Assembly (NCBI GenBank): GCA_028534125.1
Contig: CM052817.1
Span: 90,274,001 to 90,338,000 of the forward strand
Direction: 5' to 3'
DNA: 64,000 nucleotides
Source: Lama glama
Taxonomy: Eukaryota
Below are positions 52,875 to 64,000 of this stretch, piece by piece (position 1 is the stretch's first letter; every line of letters starts with the position of its first letter). The notes beneath the pieces were generated by a model. That model did no database searches and was not told the DNA's origin. It saw nothing but the letters and a program-made list of their open reading frames with translations. Both the position numbers and the translations under genes were made by a program.

Positions 52875-55800
52875 TTAAAAATTTAAAGATGTTTATTAAG
52901 ATATAATTGACATATAATATTGTATTAGTTGTAGGTGTACAACATAATGATTTGACATATGGTACATATTGTGAAAGATTACTGCAAGAATTTTAGTTAA
53001 CATTCATCACCACATACAGTTACAGACCACTTCTTTCTTACCCATTCATTCTCAGTAGATTCTTAAGTTGTTTCCATGTCTTGGCTATTGTAAATAATGC
53101 TGCAACAAATATGGTAGTACATATATTTTTTTGAGATAGCGATTTTGTTTTCCTTTGGATAATACCCAGAAGTGGAGTTGCTGAATCGTGTTATCTCTAC
53201 TTTTAATTTTTTGAGGAAGCAACATATTGTTTTCCATAGTGGCTGCACTAATTTGTATTTCCATCTACAGTTCACAAGGGTTCTCTTTACTCCACATCCT
53301 CACCAATGCTTGTTATTTTCCATCTCTTTGAAATAACTATTTTAACAGTTGTGAGGTGATATTTCATTGTGGTGATTCTGATTTGCATTTTACATGATGA
53401 TTAGTGATGTTAAATACCTTTTCGTGTACCTTTGGTCAGCTGTATGTCTTCTTTGGAAAAATGTCTTCAGATCCTCTGCTCATTTTTAATTGTATTTTTT
53501 TTTTCTGTTGGGTTGTATGGGTTCTTTGTATATTTGAAATATTAACCCTTATCGGATTTATGGTTTGCAAATATTCTATCCCATTCAGGTAGGTTGACTT
53601 TTCATTTTGTCGATCATTTCTTTTGCTGTGCAGAAGTTTTTTGGTTTGATATAATTTCACTTTTTATTTTTTCATTTTGTTGCCTTTACTGTTGGTGTCA
53701 AATGCAAAAATTCATTGCCAAACCCTGTATCAAGGAACCACTCCCTATGTTTTCTTCTAACAGTGTTGTTGTTTCAGATTTTATGTTCAAGTATTTAATC
53801 CATTTTGAGTTGACTTTCGTGTATGGTATAAGATAGTGGTCCAGGTTCTTTCTTTTGCACGTGGCTATTCAATTTTTTCAACACCATTTATTAAAGAGAC
53901 TGTCCTTTCCCCATTGAATAGTCTCAGTTCTTTTGTGATAAATTAATTGACCATTGTATGTATGGGTTTATTCCTGGGCTCTCTGTTCTTTCACTGATCT
54001 ATGTGTCTGTTTTTATGCCAATACCACACTGTTTTGATTACTTTTTATATTATATTGTAATATAGTTTGAAATCGGAAAGCATTATGCCTTCTTTGTTTT
54101 TCTTAAGATTGTTATGGCTATTTGGGGTCTTCTGTGGTTGTCATAGACATTTTAGGATTGTTTGTTCTCTTTCTCTGAAAAACACTTATTGGAATTTTGA
54201 TGGAGATTGCACTGAGTCTGTAGATTGCTTTAGGTAGTACGGACATTTTAACAATATTCTTCTAATCCATCTCCATAGAATATCTTTCCATTTCCTTATG
54301 ACTTCTTCGGTTTCTGTCATCATTGTCTTGCAGTTGTTTTGCCTGCTTGGTTATATATTGCTCCTAGGTATTTTATTCAATTTGCAATTATAATGGGATT
54401 ATTTACTTAATTTCTCTTTCTGATAGTTTGTTATTAGTGCATAGAAATGCAACAGATTTTTGTATATTGATTTTTGCATTCTGCTACTTCATTTAATTCA
54501 TTTGTTAGTCTAACAGTATTTTGGAAGACTCTTTAGGGTTTTCTTTATATAATATTAAGTCATCTGAAAATAGTGGTAATTTTATTTCTTCCTTTCCAAT
54601 ATGAATGCCTTTTCTTTTTTTTCCTTTCCTAATTTCTTTGACTAGGACGTTTAATACTATATAGAAAACAAGTGCAAGATGGGACATCCTTGTCTTGTTT
54701 CTGGTCTTAAACAGAAAACTTTCAGTTTCTTATTGTTGAGTATGATGTTAGCTGTAGGCTTGTCATGAATGGCCTCGACTGTATTGAAATACATTTCCTG
54801 TATACTAAATTTATTGATGGTTTTTATTATAAAATCAATGTTGAATTTTTTCAAGTGCTTTTTCTGCATCTATTGAGATGATCACAAGATTTATATTCTT
54901 CATTTTGTTTATGTGGTGTATCACATTAATTGATTTGCAGATATTGAATCACCATTGCAACCTTGGAATAAATCCCACGTGATTCTTTTAATGTACTGTT
55001 GAAATTGGTGTTATAAAATTTTGTTGAGAATATTTGCATCTATATTTGTCAGAAATATTGGCCTGTAATTTTCTTTTATTGTGGCATTCTTGTCTGGTTT
55101 TGGTATAAGAGTAATGCTGGTCTTGTAAAATGAGTTGGGAGGTGTTCCCTCCTTTTCTGCTTTGTGGAAGAGTTTGAGAAGAATTGGTACTAATTTTTCA
55201 TTAAATGTTCAGTAGAATTCACCAGTGAGACATCTGGTCCTGAACTTTACTGTTGGGAAGTTTTCTGTTCTCATGATTCGGTCTTGGTAGGTTGTATGTT
55301 TCCAAGCAGGTTATATATTTCTAGGAATTTATCCACTTATTCTAAGTTGTCCATTTGTTGACATTTAATTGCTCATAATAGTCTCTTGTGATCCTTTGTA
55401 TTTCTGTGATATCAGTTTTAATGTCTCCTCTTTCATCTGAGATTTTATTTCAGCTCAGTTTCTTTTTATCTTGGTGAATCTAGCTAATATTTGTAATTAC
55501 TTACCCTTTCAAGAAAACAATTCTTACTTTCATTGATTTTTTTCTGTCATCTTTTCAGTCTCTTGCATTTATTTCTACTTTGATCTTTATTATTTCTTGT
55601 ATTCTACTAAATTTGGATTTTATTTGTTTTTCTCATCCCTGGAGGTGTAAAGTTGTTTGAGATCTTTCTTGTTTCTTGATGTGAGCATTTATTGCTGTGA
55701 ACTTTCCTCATAGAACAGCTTTTGTAGCATCCCTTAAGTTTTGGTATGTGGTATTTACGTTTGTATTTATCTCAAGTTTTTTTTAATTTCTCTTTTGATT

Positions 55801-56850
55801 TCTTATTTGACCCATTGCTTGTTCAGTATTGTGTTGTTTTAGCTCCACATGTTTGAATTTTCCAGTTTTCTTCTTGTAATTGATTTTTAGTTTCGTACCA
55901 TTGTGTTCAGAAAAGATGGTTGATATGATTTCAGTCTTCTTAAATTTCTTTAAGACATGTTTTGTGGCCTAACATATGATCTATCCTGGAGAATGTTCCA
56001 TGTGCACTTGAGAAGAATATATATCCTGTTGCATTTGGATGGAATGTTCTCCTCATGTCTTTTGAGTCCTTCTGGACTAGTGTGTCAATTAAGGCTAATG
56101 TTTTCTTATTGATTTTCTGTGTGGATAATCTAGCCATTGATAAAAAGGGTATATTAAAGTCCCCTCCCATCATTGTACTGGTGTTAATATTTACTTACAT
56201 ATTTAGGTACTCCTATGTTGGATACATATATATTTACAAGGTACTATGTCCTCTTGTTAGATTGACCCTTTGTCATTATGTAATGACCATCTTTATTACA
56301 TTCTTTATTTTAAAGTCTATTTTGTTTGATATAAACATAGCTATTTCAGCTTTCGTTTGGTTTCCATTTGCAGGGAAGATCTTTTTCTATCCTTTCACTT
56401 TCAGTTTGAGTGTGTGCTTACATCTGAAGTGGGTCTCTTGTCAACACCACACAGATAGGTTATGTTTTATCCATTCAGCCACTCTGTCTTTTGATTGGAG
56501 AATTTATTCCATTTACTTTTGTAATCTTTATTGATAGACAATGTCTTTATTGCTATTTTGTTCATTGTTTTCTGGCTGTTTTTTAGTTCTGTTTTTTTCT
56601 TCTTTTGCTCCCTTCCTTTGTGATTTGATAATTTTCTATAGTGGTATGCTTAGATTCCTTTCTCTCTATCTTTTGTATATCTATGATCAGTTCTTGATTT
56701 GTGTTTACCATGAAGATCATATAAAAAACTTTATATTTATAACAGTCTATTTTAAGTTGATAGAAAGTTAAGTTTGAATGCATTCTAAAGCTGTACAGTT
56801 TTACTTCTCCTCCCCATGATTTATGTTTTGATGTCACAGTTTACATCTAT
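52875..56850 (-). mobile_element. L1MA element of about 4 kb, decayed ORF2 from endonuclease to 3' UTR
   Basis: ORF-track peptides GDFNIP...FFSSAHGTFSRIDHMLGHK (endonuclease), KPTANIILN...TRQGCP and KLPLFSDDLILY (reverse transcriptase), KLVQPLWK; many stops and frameshifts. Confidence 0.95.
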
Positions 56851-57899
56851 TAAATCACTTTATATCTTACTTTGTTTAGGGTACTGTTGTTTTTCAGAAT
56901 CCCCTCCTAAATATAGGAAACACTTTCTGTGGGATGCAAATGTAAATTAAAAAAAAACTTGACACATTTATCTGCACAAATATTCTCCCAAGTCATTTGA
57001 ATTTAATAACTTCAATTATAAGGAGCTACACTGAGTGAATATACCTTTTTATGTCAAAATATAAATAAGTTTCATTTTACTGGTAACATTGACTATAATT
57101 ATAAAATATAATTAAGTAACTTCATTGAGTTTTTGTCTCAGGTACTCACTACAAATATCTCTAAACATCTGCTGTGACCTTTATATTGATATGTATTAGA
57201 AAGAAATAAAATATTTAAGATATAATCTGTTATTTTCTCTGGAGACTAAGGCTCAGTAAGATGTGAATATGATGGATTTCTGCTTAGTATTTTTAAATGC
57301 CTGCAGAAAATGCCACACATACGTAATTCCTTTCTGCTCATGCTATGGCCTGTTTTGTTCTTAATGGAGTTGATTTTTTCGTTTCCCTGGTCTTCAGTGA
57401 CATTTTTGTTGTATAAATGGCTCTTTATTTAGAATATGTGCATCCTTTGTTTAATATGATCTGTTACAGTGACATTTTGGAACAACTCTTTATATTTTCT
57501 AGATCAGTACTAATTATACCACACATCTTCCTTTTACATTGGGCCTGGAATTGGTAGTGGGCATCTGAATGTGTGTATAACACAAAATACACTGTGTTAC
57601 CAAAGGAAAATGATCACTTAAGTACAGAGTTAGAGTGAAATTATTCGTAACCCAACACAGCATTTACAAACTCAAGTATATATAAAGCATAACCATTGCC
57701 TGTAATATATTTTAGATGTATATTGTCATTACTTGCCCAAACATTATAAACTGTAACAGTTGGACCACTCTTAAATAAGTATTTATCAAGCTTCCGCTTT
57801 AGAGGAGCTAAAGATACTTGGAAGAGAGGGGGATTAGTGGGGTCTTACGCCTTCCCTATACCGGTCCTTAAAATTTATTTCATTTAGAAGTATATAAAA

Positions 57900-58400
57900 A
57901 GAGATTTTAAAATACTAATAATTTTTGTCCCTTACTCTCATCTCCTACCTGCATCCTGTGACATATTCCCCTTACTCATGCTCTTTTAGTGCGTCAGATT
58001 TCCTACTATTTATTTAATATTCCAGCATTCTCCTTTCAGTCTTCGAATTGCTTGTTCTTTGTGCTTAGGATGTTCTTCCACATGATTGCTACATTGTCTC
58101 TTTTACAACTTTGCTTAAATGCCCCTTCTCACTGAGTCCTACTCTGACCTCTCTATTTAAAATTGCTATCTGTCCCACACAGTCCACTGTTTTCATCCCT
58201 CTTTCCTTGAGCTTATATTTCCCACAGCACAACTTATATATGTTACCTTTGTCATTTTCTTCACTAGAGTATTAGCTATATGAGGGCAAGTCTTTTTTTA
58301 AATTATTGTTAGTTTTGGTTTTCCAGTTTTCCTTTTCACAAGTGCCTTAGCTGATACCAAAGAACTCTATACCTTGAGAACAATTTGCATAAGATGGATA
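57900..58400 (+). mobile_element. L2 3' region
   Basis: 'tgcttaaatgccccttctcactgagtcctactctgacc...cactagagtattagctatatgagggcaag'. Confidence 0.7.
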
Positions 58401-59099
58401 GAATTCAATATTTCCCTGTAACTCACTGTATTAAAATAAAACTCTTTATTAAATACATTCTTCACTCTTATTAAGTGTGTATAACCAAGAGATATTGATT
58501 ACAGCTAATTGATTGCATTCTGAGTTCTTTATTCTGCTAGTTTATTTGTTTGCCTGTACAAAAGAGAACTTTTTTAATGTTTTTCTGAAAGTTTAATTTT
58601 AAATTTAGTTTCTGAAAGGAAAAGAGCCCAGCTGTCCCGTTTTTTTCTTTCAAAATGTTCTGCAACAGTGTCTTCTTATTTCCATTATGTTTTGTAAACA
58701 TTCTGTCAAGTTTTAAAAATGTCCTCTTAAAAACTGTCATCTAGGAGTTGTTTAAATTTATATGCTTAACTCAGAAAATAGATAAATATTTTTTAATATT
58801 TAGTATTTATATCCAAGAGTATAATATATGTCTATTTTCTATCATTTTGATAGTTAAAGCTTTGCCCTTTTTTAAAAACTTGACCACCTTTAATTTATAT
58901 TTGTGACTTTATATATATTGTATTATTTTTGTGATAGTAAATGGAGTCTTTGTTTTTTATTGTATCTTATTTAGAGGTATTTACATGGTGTCATGTTTAG
59001 CAATTGATCATCTTTGGAATTTTACATACAGTTTGGATTTCAGCACTATATAACCAGGCAGAGAAAAATAAAAATTTAGTAATGGAAAGAAGTTTATAT

Positions 59100-60985
59100 A
59101 AGTTCCTGAGTCACCCCCTACCTCCTCTCCCATATCTTTCCCACAATATCTCAATAATCTATCCAATGATGACCACCTTATTTCCATACAAATTAAGTTT
59201 TAACATATATTCAGTCATGCAGGCTATCCCTTCAGTCCCTCATTGCTCCTCTACTCCACTAATTTAGTAAAGGGGTGTTTCAGTTGCCCGTTGCAGTTTT
59301 CAATCTGTACACTGCTTTGGTAGATGATAAAGTGTATGATAAATCCAGTGTATATGATGCTTCTTATCCCATTGTTGTGCTGCATCTTTAATAAAAACCG
59401 ATTCATTGAACAGGTGACAAATAAGTAGGGAATCCAATCTGAAATAATACTTTTGTCTCTAGACCTATAGTAACATTTAAAAACCTGTGTCAGTTATTGG
59501 GTATGCAAATACAAATCCAGAATGAGTATATATCTTAGCAAGACCTACTAGCATCACCTGGAGCTATGCATAATAAGCCAGCTCTGGGTCAACTTGGAAT
59601 CTCTCCGTTCTGGACTGAATGTTTGTTTGTCCCCCAGAATGAACATGTTGAAATCCTACCCCTCAATGTGATGGTATTAGGAGGTGAGGCCTTTGGGAAG
59701 TAATCAGGTTTAGATGAGGTCATAAAGGTGGAACTCCCATAATGGGATAAAACTCCTTATAAAAAGGGGAAGAGACACCAGGACTTTCACTTTTTTCCTT
59801 GCTAGAATCTAGCAAGAGGGCAGCTGTCCGTAGCCAGGAAGGGAGCCTCATCAGGAATCTAATCTGCTGTCACTTTGATCTTGGACGTCCCAGACTCTAG
59901 AACTGTGGAGAATAGATGTCTGTTGTTTAAGCCCCACAAGTTTATGGTATTTTGTTACAGCAGCCACACTGACTAAGACATTCTCAATAGGTATTTGTCA
60001 TGGCTGTTCTGTTCTGTCTCTTACATTTCTGTTGAAAACAGAATAATTGTTACTATATTTCAAGCTTTTTAGTGTCATAAATTAGTGGAATACTTTTTTT
60101 ATCCACCAGGTGTTTCAATGATTAAATGTCTCCATGCCATTCATCTCATATATGGGAGATATTTCTGTGAAAGAATAAGTAAGGGCATCCACTTACTGGT
60201 TCCAGTCCCCTCTGAAGTCATAAGATGGATTCTTTTGAGGTTATCAACATGCTCCTTTTGATTTTCCCTCTTTAAACCCAAATTTGTATAACATAGCACC
60301 CCGAATTTAAATTCAATTTTCCAGTTATCTAAGACCCATTTTCAGCCATACTGTTAATCCATTGTTTCCCATTTTTATATTGCTGAAAACCCATTCCATA
60401 TAATTATTCTTATTATCTAGTTCTTTCGGATGCCACCAGGAACACTGATCTGAAGTTTGCTCATTAAGCAGAATTACCTTTTCCTTCTTTGATCAGCCCT
60501 TAAATAGGCAATAGAACTATTTTCCAAGTTACCAGTTACTACTCCACTCTTGAACTACCATCTTTAAATCATGCAGCTTGTCTGGCATCCTCAGATACTG
60601 ATCATTGGGTGGGAACTATTTAGCTTTGGAGTATCTAATGTAGGACCCCAAATTATGCCAGTTACCTATTCATAAATGCAATAACTATTCCCAAGTGTAA
60701 CCCACTGTGAAAATGTCCTAAACATACCATATCTATTTGATGTGGAAACCTTTCTTTGCACTTCCTTTTATTTTGGAATGCTGTTGTAACATAAACCATG
60801 ATATAATGGGTGTTATCTCAAAATAATCTTAGGTTCTTCTGTTAATAGAAGTAGTTTAAACTAAAGCCAAAAATCAACCCACTAATTGACTTTCAAAGGA
60901 TGTATATCATAAGAAGACTCAAATAATTTTCTAGTCCAAAATCTTAGCAGTCAGCATGATGTTAAGTTACTGTCACTTTTAATAT
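59100..60985 (-). pseudogene. Decayed class III (ERVL-like) endogenous retrovirus pol: connection, RNase H and integrase
   Basis: Hand translation of the minus strand: RFWTRKL (60924-60944; cf. GFWSKAL), FKDGSS (60551-60568; cf. FTDGS), EGKGNSA**A (cf. EGKSSQWAE), IYTHSGFVFAYP (59498-59533; cf. IDTYSGYGFAFP), IENCNGQLK (59278-59304; cf. IERWNGLLK), all in the correct order. Confidence 0.85.
59606..59980 (+). mobile_element. MLT1A MaLR solo LTR inserted in the ERVL pol
   Basis: 'catgttgaaatcctacccctcaatgtgatggtattaggaggtgaggcctttggg...ctgactaagaca'; 5-bp TSD ctctc/ttctc. Confidence 0.92.
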
Positions 60986-61009
60986 CATTCAAATATTGAG
61001 ATCCTAAGA

Positions 61010-61092
61010 AGGGTGATCAACTATCCTGATTCATCTGGACTGTATAATTTTAGCAGTGAAAATCTTGAATCCCAGAAATCCCCAACCCTGGC
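61010..61092. mobile_element. MER94/MER81-like hAT-Blackjack fragment
   Basis: 'agggtgatcaactatcctgattcatctggactg...tttagcagtgaaaatc'. Confidence 0.5.
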
Positions 61093-61515
61093 TACAAAAG
61101 ATTTCAGTAGTCAATGTAGAAAGTAGTGGAAAAGTCTAAGACCCGTATGATGGGCCAAATATAGGGACTGAAGGAAACACTGTTTTGAATATCAAATGGA
61201 TATGGTATAGATTATATAATTTCCATAATCATGGTCACTGTTTTTACTTGAGTGCTAATATGGGTAACCATGATTGACAATTCACAATCATGAATTATCC
61301 ATTGTTGCATTATTCTGAATGATGCAATTTAAGTGTGGTGTGATCATTTGTCTGTGGATTAGCTATTGTGCCTTGTATTGCAAATATTACTAATTTTATT
61401 TATAACATTGTGGATGTTGTGATGTTTTCTGAGTTCAGGTGGTGAATATGAGAATGATTATAATACCAATGCCAGCAAGTCTCGGGTGTCACTGACAAAG
61501 TTAACAACTAGGTTA

Positions 61516-61666
61516 ACAAATGAGTTAAATAAAATTTCAGGTACAAAAGCAGGATTTGACCAATAGGCCATAGTTTGTCAACCACTGAGACAGATTATGA
61601 TTTATTTACTCAAGAGTTTATTATAAAACAAATAATAATAATTATTATTTAGGACTTTTAGAGTTG
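61516..61666 (+). other. Templated insertion: diverged copy of 26413-26562 between 14-bp TSDs
   Basis: taacaactaggtta at 61502-61515 and 61667-61680; the insert aligns collinearly to the MER58A 3' end plus its unique flank. Confidence 0.9.
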
Positions 61667-62074
61667 TAACAACTAGGTTATTTTATTGGCAAAGGAAGGA
61701 CACACACAATGTATTAGGACCAACATAAAGCATACTGTATCATATGCAAAAAAGAATTTGACATTGGCCGGAGTGTGGAGAAGGAGATACGAAATCACAT
61801 GTGGAGACTGAATTTCACAAGTCTAGGATGATATAGGCAAGTGCCTCTAGATCAATGGAAACATTTTTTGTTTCCCAAAAAGACACCAATGCTCAGTCAG
61901 AAACAGCACTGAATTAGCTTGGGCATACCATGGGAATGAACATGCATTGTCATACTGCTCTTTTATTGCTTCCTAAAACAGGATAATTGTATTTCCTGAC
62001 TCACAGATTGCAACTATAATGTACTGTGAGCAAACACAAGAAAAAAATTGATAACAGTTGTGTTAGTGTCTTAG

Positions 62075-62548
62075 AGTATTATACTTGGGTGAACAGTGTC
62101 TCTGAAAATTGATATCTTTCCATATCTCAAAATATCAACCTCTTTGGGAATGGAGTCTTTGCAGATGTAGTCAGGTTAATTTAATCAGGTTAAATTTAGG
62201 CATATTGGATCAGAGTAGGCCCTAAACCCAATGATTGATGTCCTTATAAGAAAGCCATGTGAAGACACAGACACACAAACACAAGGAGAATGCCATGTGA
62301 TAACAAAGGCAGAGATTAGAATGATGCATTTATAAGTCAAGGAAAACCAAGGATTGCCAACAACCAACAGAAGCTAGGAAGAAGCAAGGGAAGAAAGGAT
62401 TATTTCCTAGAGCATTCAGAGGAAGCATGGTGCTGCCAGTGCCTTGGTTTTGAACTTCTAACCTCCAGAACAGAGAGAATAAATTTCTGTTCTTTGAGGC
62501 TATTCAGTTTACCATAATTTGTTATGGTAGCCACAGGAAACTCATACA
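62075..62548 (+). mobile_element. MLT1B/C MaLR solo LTR
   Basis: 'gtctttgcagatgta...gtccttataaga...ggcagagattagaatgatgc...tttgttatggtagccacaggaaactcataca'. Confidence 0.9.
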
Positions 62549-62950
62549 AGTATAGAGCTCATCCTGTCAGATCTTACCATCATGCTTTCTAGAGTTTATA
62601 AAGTGATGTATTGAATCACAGCATCCCAAACTGTTCTCCCTAACTCTTAGATACTTTGACTTCCAAAAAACATAGCTTAAAATCATTTCCTTGTTTCTAT
62701 GAAGATTTTAATGAAACCACAGAAAACATAAAATATTACTAAAATCTTGTCAAAATACAAACTAAACTTTGTTAACCTCTTTGCGTATTTGGCAAATTCC
62801 ATTCCATCTATAAATTTCATATCAGGGAAAATGAAATCACTTTACCTATGTAATATTTTATACATGTAAAATAATATATGTATTGTTAATTAGGGTTATG
62901 ATTTTCTCACCTGTGATACTGAGGCTTTCGTAATGAAAGTCATAGATAAA

Positions 62951-63125
62951 TGTGGTATGTTGAGTAATGGTCCCCAAAGAGATCCTGATCCCAATCCTTG
63001 GAACTTGTGAATATTACCCTGTATGGTAAAGGAATTTGCAGTTGTGATTAAGTTAATCTTGTGATGGAGAGATTATCCTGGATTAGTCATGTAGGCTCAT
63101 TAAATATAATCACAAGTGTCCTCCT
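62951..63125 (+). mobile_element. MLT1D LTR 5' fragment
   Basis: 'tgtggta...taatggtccccaaaga...gaacttgtgaatattacc...gatggagagattatcctggatta'. Confidence 0.8.
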
Positions 63126-64000
63126 TAGATCTGTATCTATAAGATGGCTTTTGCTGTTGTAACCCATTAAAAAAAAAAAGAGGCTAAGATGTTGATCTGT
63201 TGCATGTAAACATTGGTCTAGAAATATTTGCAAAGTATAGAAAATGAAAATTTCCTTCTCTAATTTGGAAATGCAATGAGAATGAGAATAAAGAAAAGCA
63301 TTACAGTCAAATAGAAACTTATATGCTGTTTCTCTAAAATGTTTGATAATTTTTGAGGCCGTAAGAAGTCTAGAAAAGAATGAACTAACACTAAATTGAG
63401 CAGTATTATGTGTAGGTTGTGACAAAAATTCAGACTTGAAAAAAACAATTTTTTTGAGTAACATTGTTTCAGAATGTTTTTTAATTAACAGAAGAGATAC
63501 AAGTGAAACAGGACTTTTAAAATTTTTTAAATTAAAACTAATTTACACAGAATGCAAGTTAAATTTCACAAGATCAACTACCTCTATGCTTTAAAATCAT
63601 TTTCCCTGAAAAAGAAAGATTTAACTTTTTGAGTAATATTCAGTGTACTTCAGCGTGTTTACAAATGATGGACATTTCAATTTGGTCTGTGTGATGAGTT
63701 TATGGGTACAGAGAGCCTGACTGGCAAATGGTGATCTACCAAAGTAATCCAATGGATACAGCATGAGCATTTTTGGAGCACTGAACAATAATTTCTTAAT
63801 CTAAAAATATGCTGTTGCTAGTAAGTTCAATTTGTAAGTTTTTAATTTTCAGGTATGTTTCTGAGACTGTTTACCTTGACGTTATCACATTAGATTAGTA
63901 TCAGGACTTGGTGGCTTGTGGTCTTGATAAGATCAGAGCAACTGCAAGTTAATTAATTTTACATTTGACTATACTCAGTTTACCACTACCATAAGTTTTT

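Noticed and set aside
55940..56837. Endonuclease-like and 159-aa ORFs
   Set aside because: Fragments and antisense frames of a dead L1MA.
1..64000. Prokaryote-style systems (CRISPR arrays, operons, defence islands)
   Set aside because: The sequence is mammalian repeat-rich DNA; there are no regularly spaced repeats or dense ORFs.

Overview
AT-rich, CpG-poor mammalian genomic DNA, very probably camelid, because two tRNA-derived Vic-1-type SINEs and camelid-type L1 3' ends are present. I recognise no protein-coding exon or RNA gene. The ORF track consists of chance ORFs or decayed L1, ERV and transposase remnants. Much of the window is recognisable transposon-derived sequence: L1, L2, MIR, MaLR/ERVL/ERV1 LTRs, a decayed ERVL pol, and hAT/TcMar DNA elements. 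A few repeat-free, motif-dense blocks look like conserved non-coding elements, and there is one 500-N scaffold gap inside a young L1. The most notable observations are four. (1) A 151-bp copy of 26413-26562 is inserted 35 kb downstream between perfect 14-bp target-site duplications (TSDs), with no poly(A). (2) A perfect 22-bp-arm hairpin lies in an old MaLR internal region. (3) Directly downstream is an ancient MLT1 LTR with anomalous CpG retention, a canonical splice donor and a dead poly(A) signal. (4) A SINE-L1-tail chimera sits within one TSD. Repeat subfamily names come from remembered consensus sequences and were not verified computationally. Boundaries of old elements are approximate.
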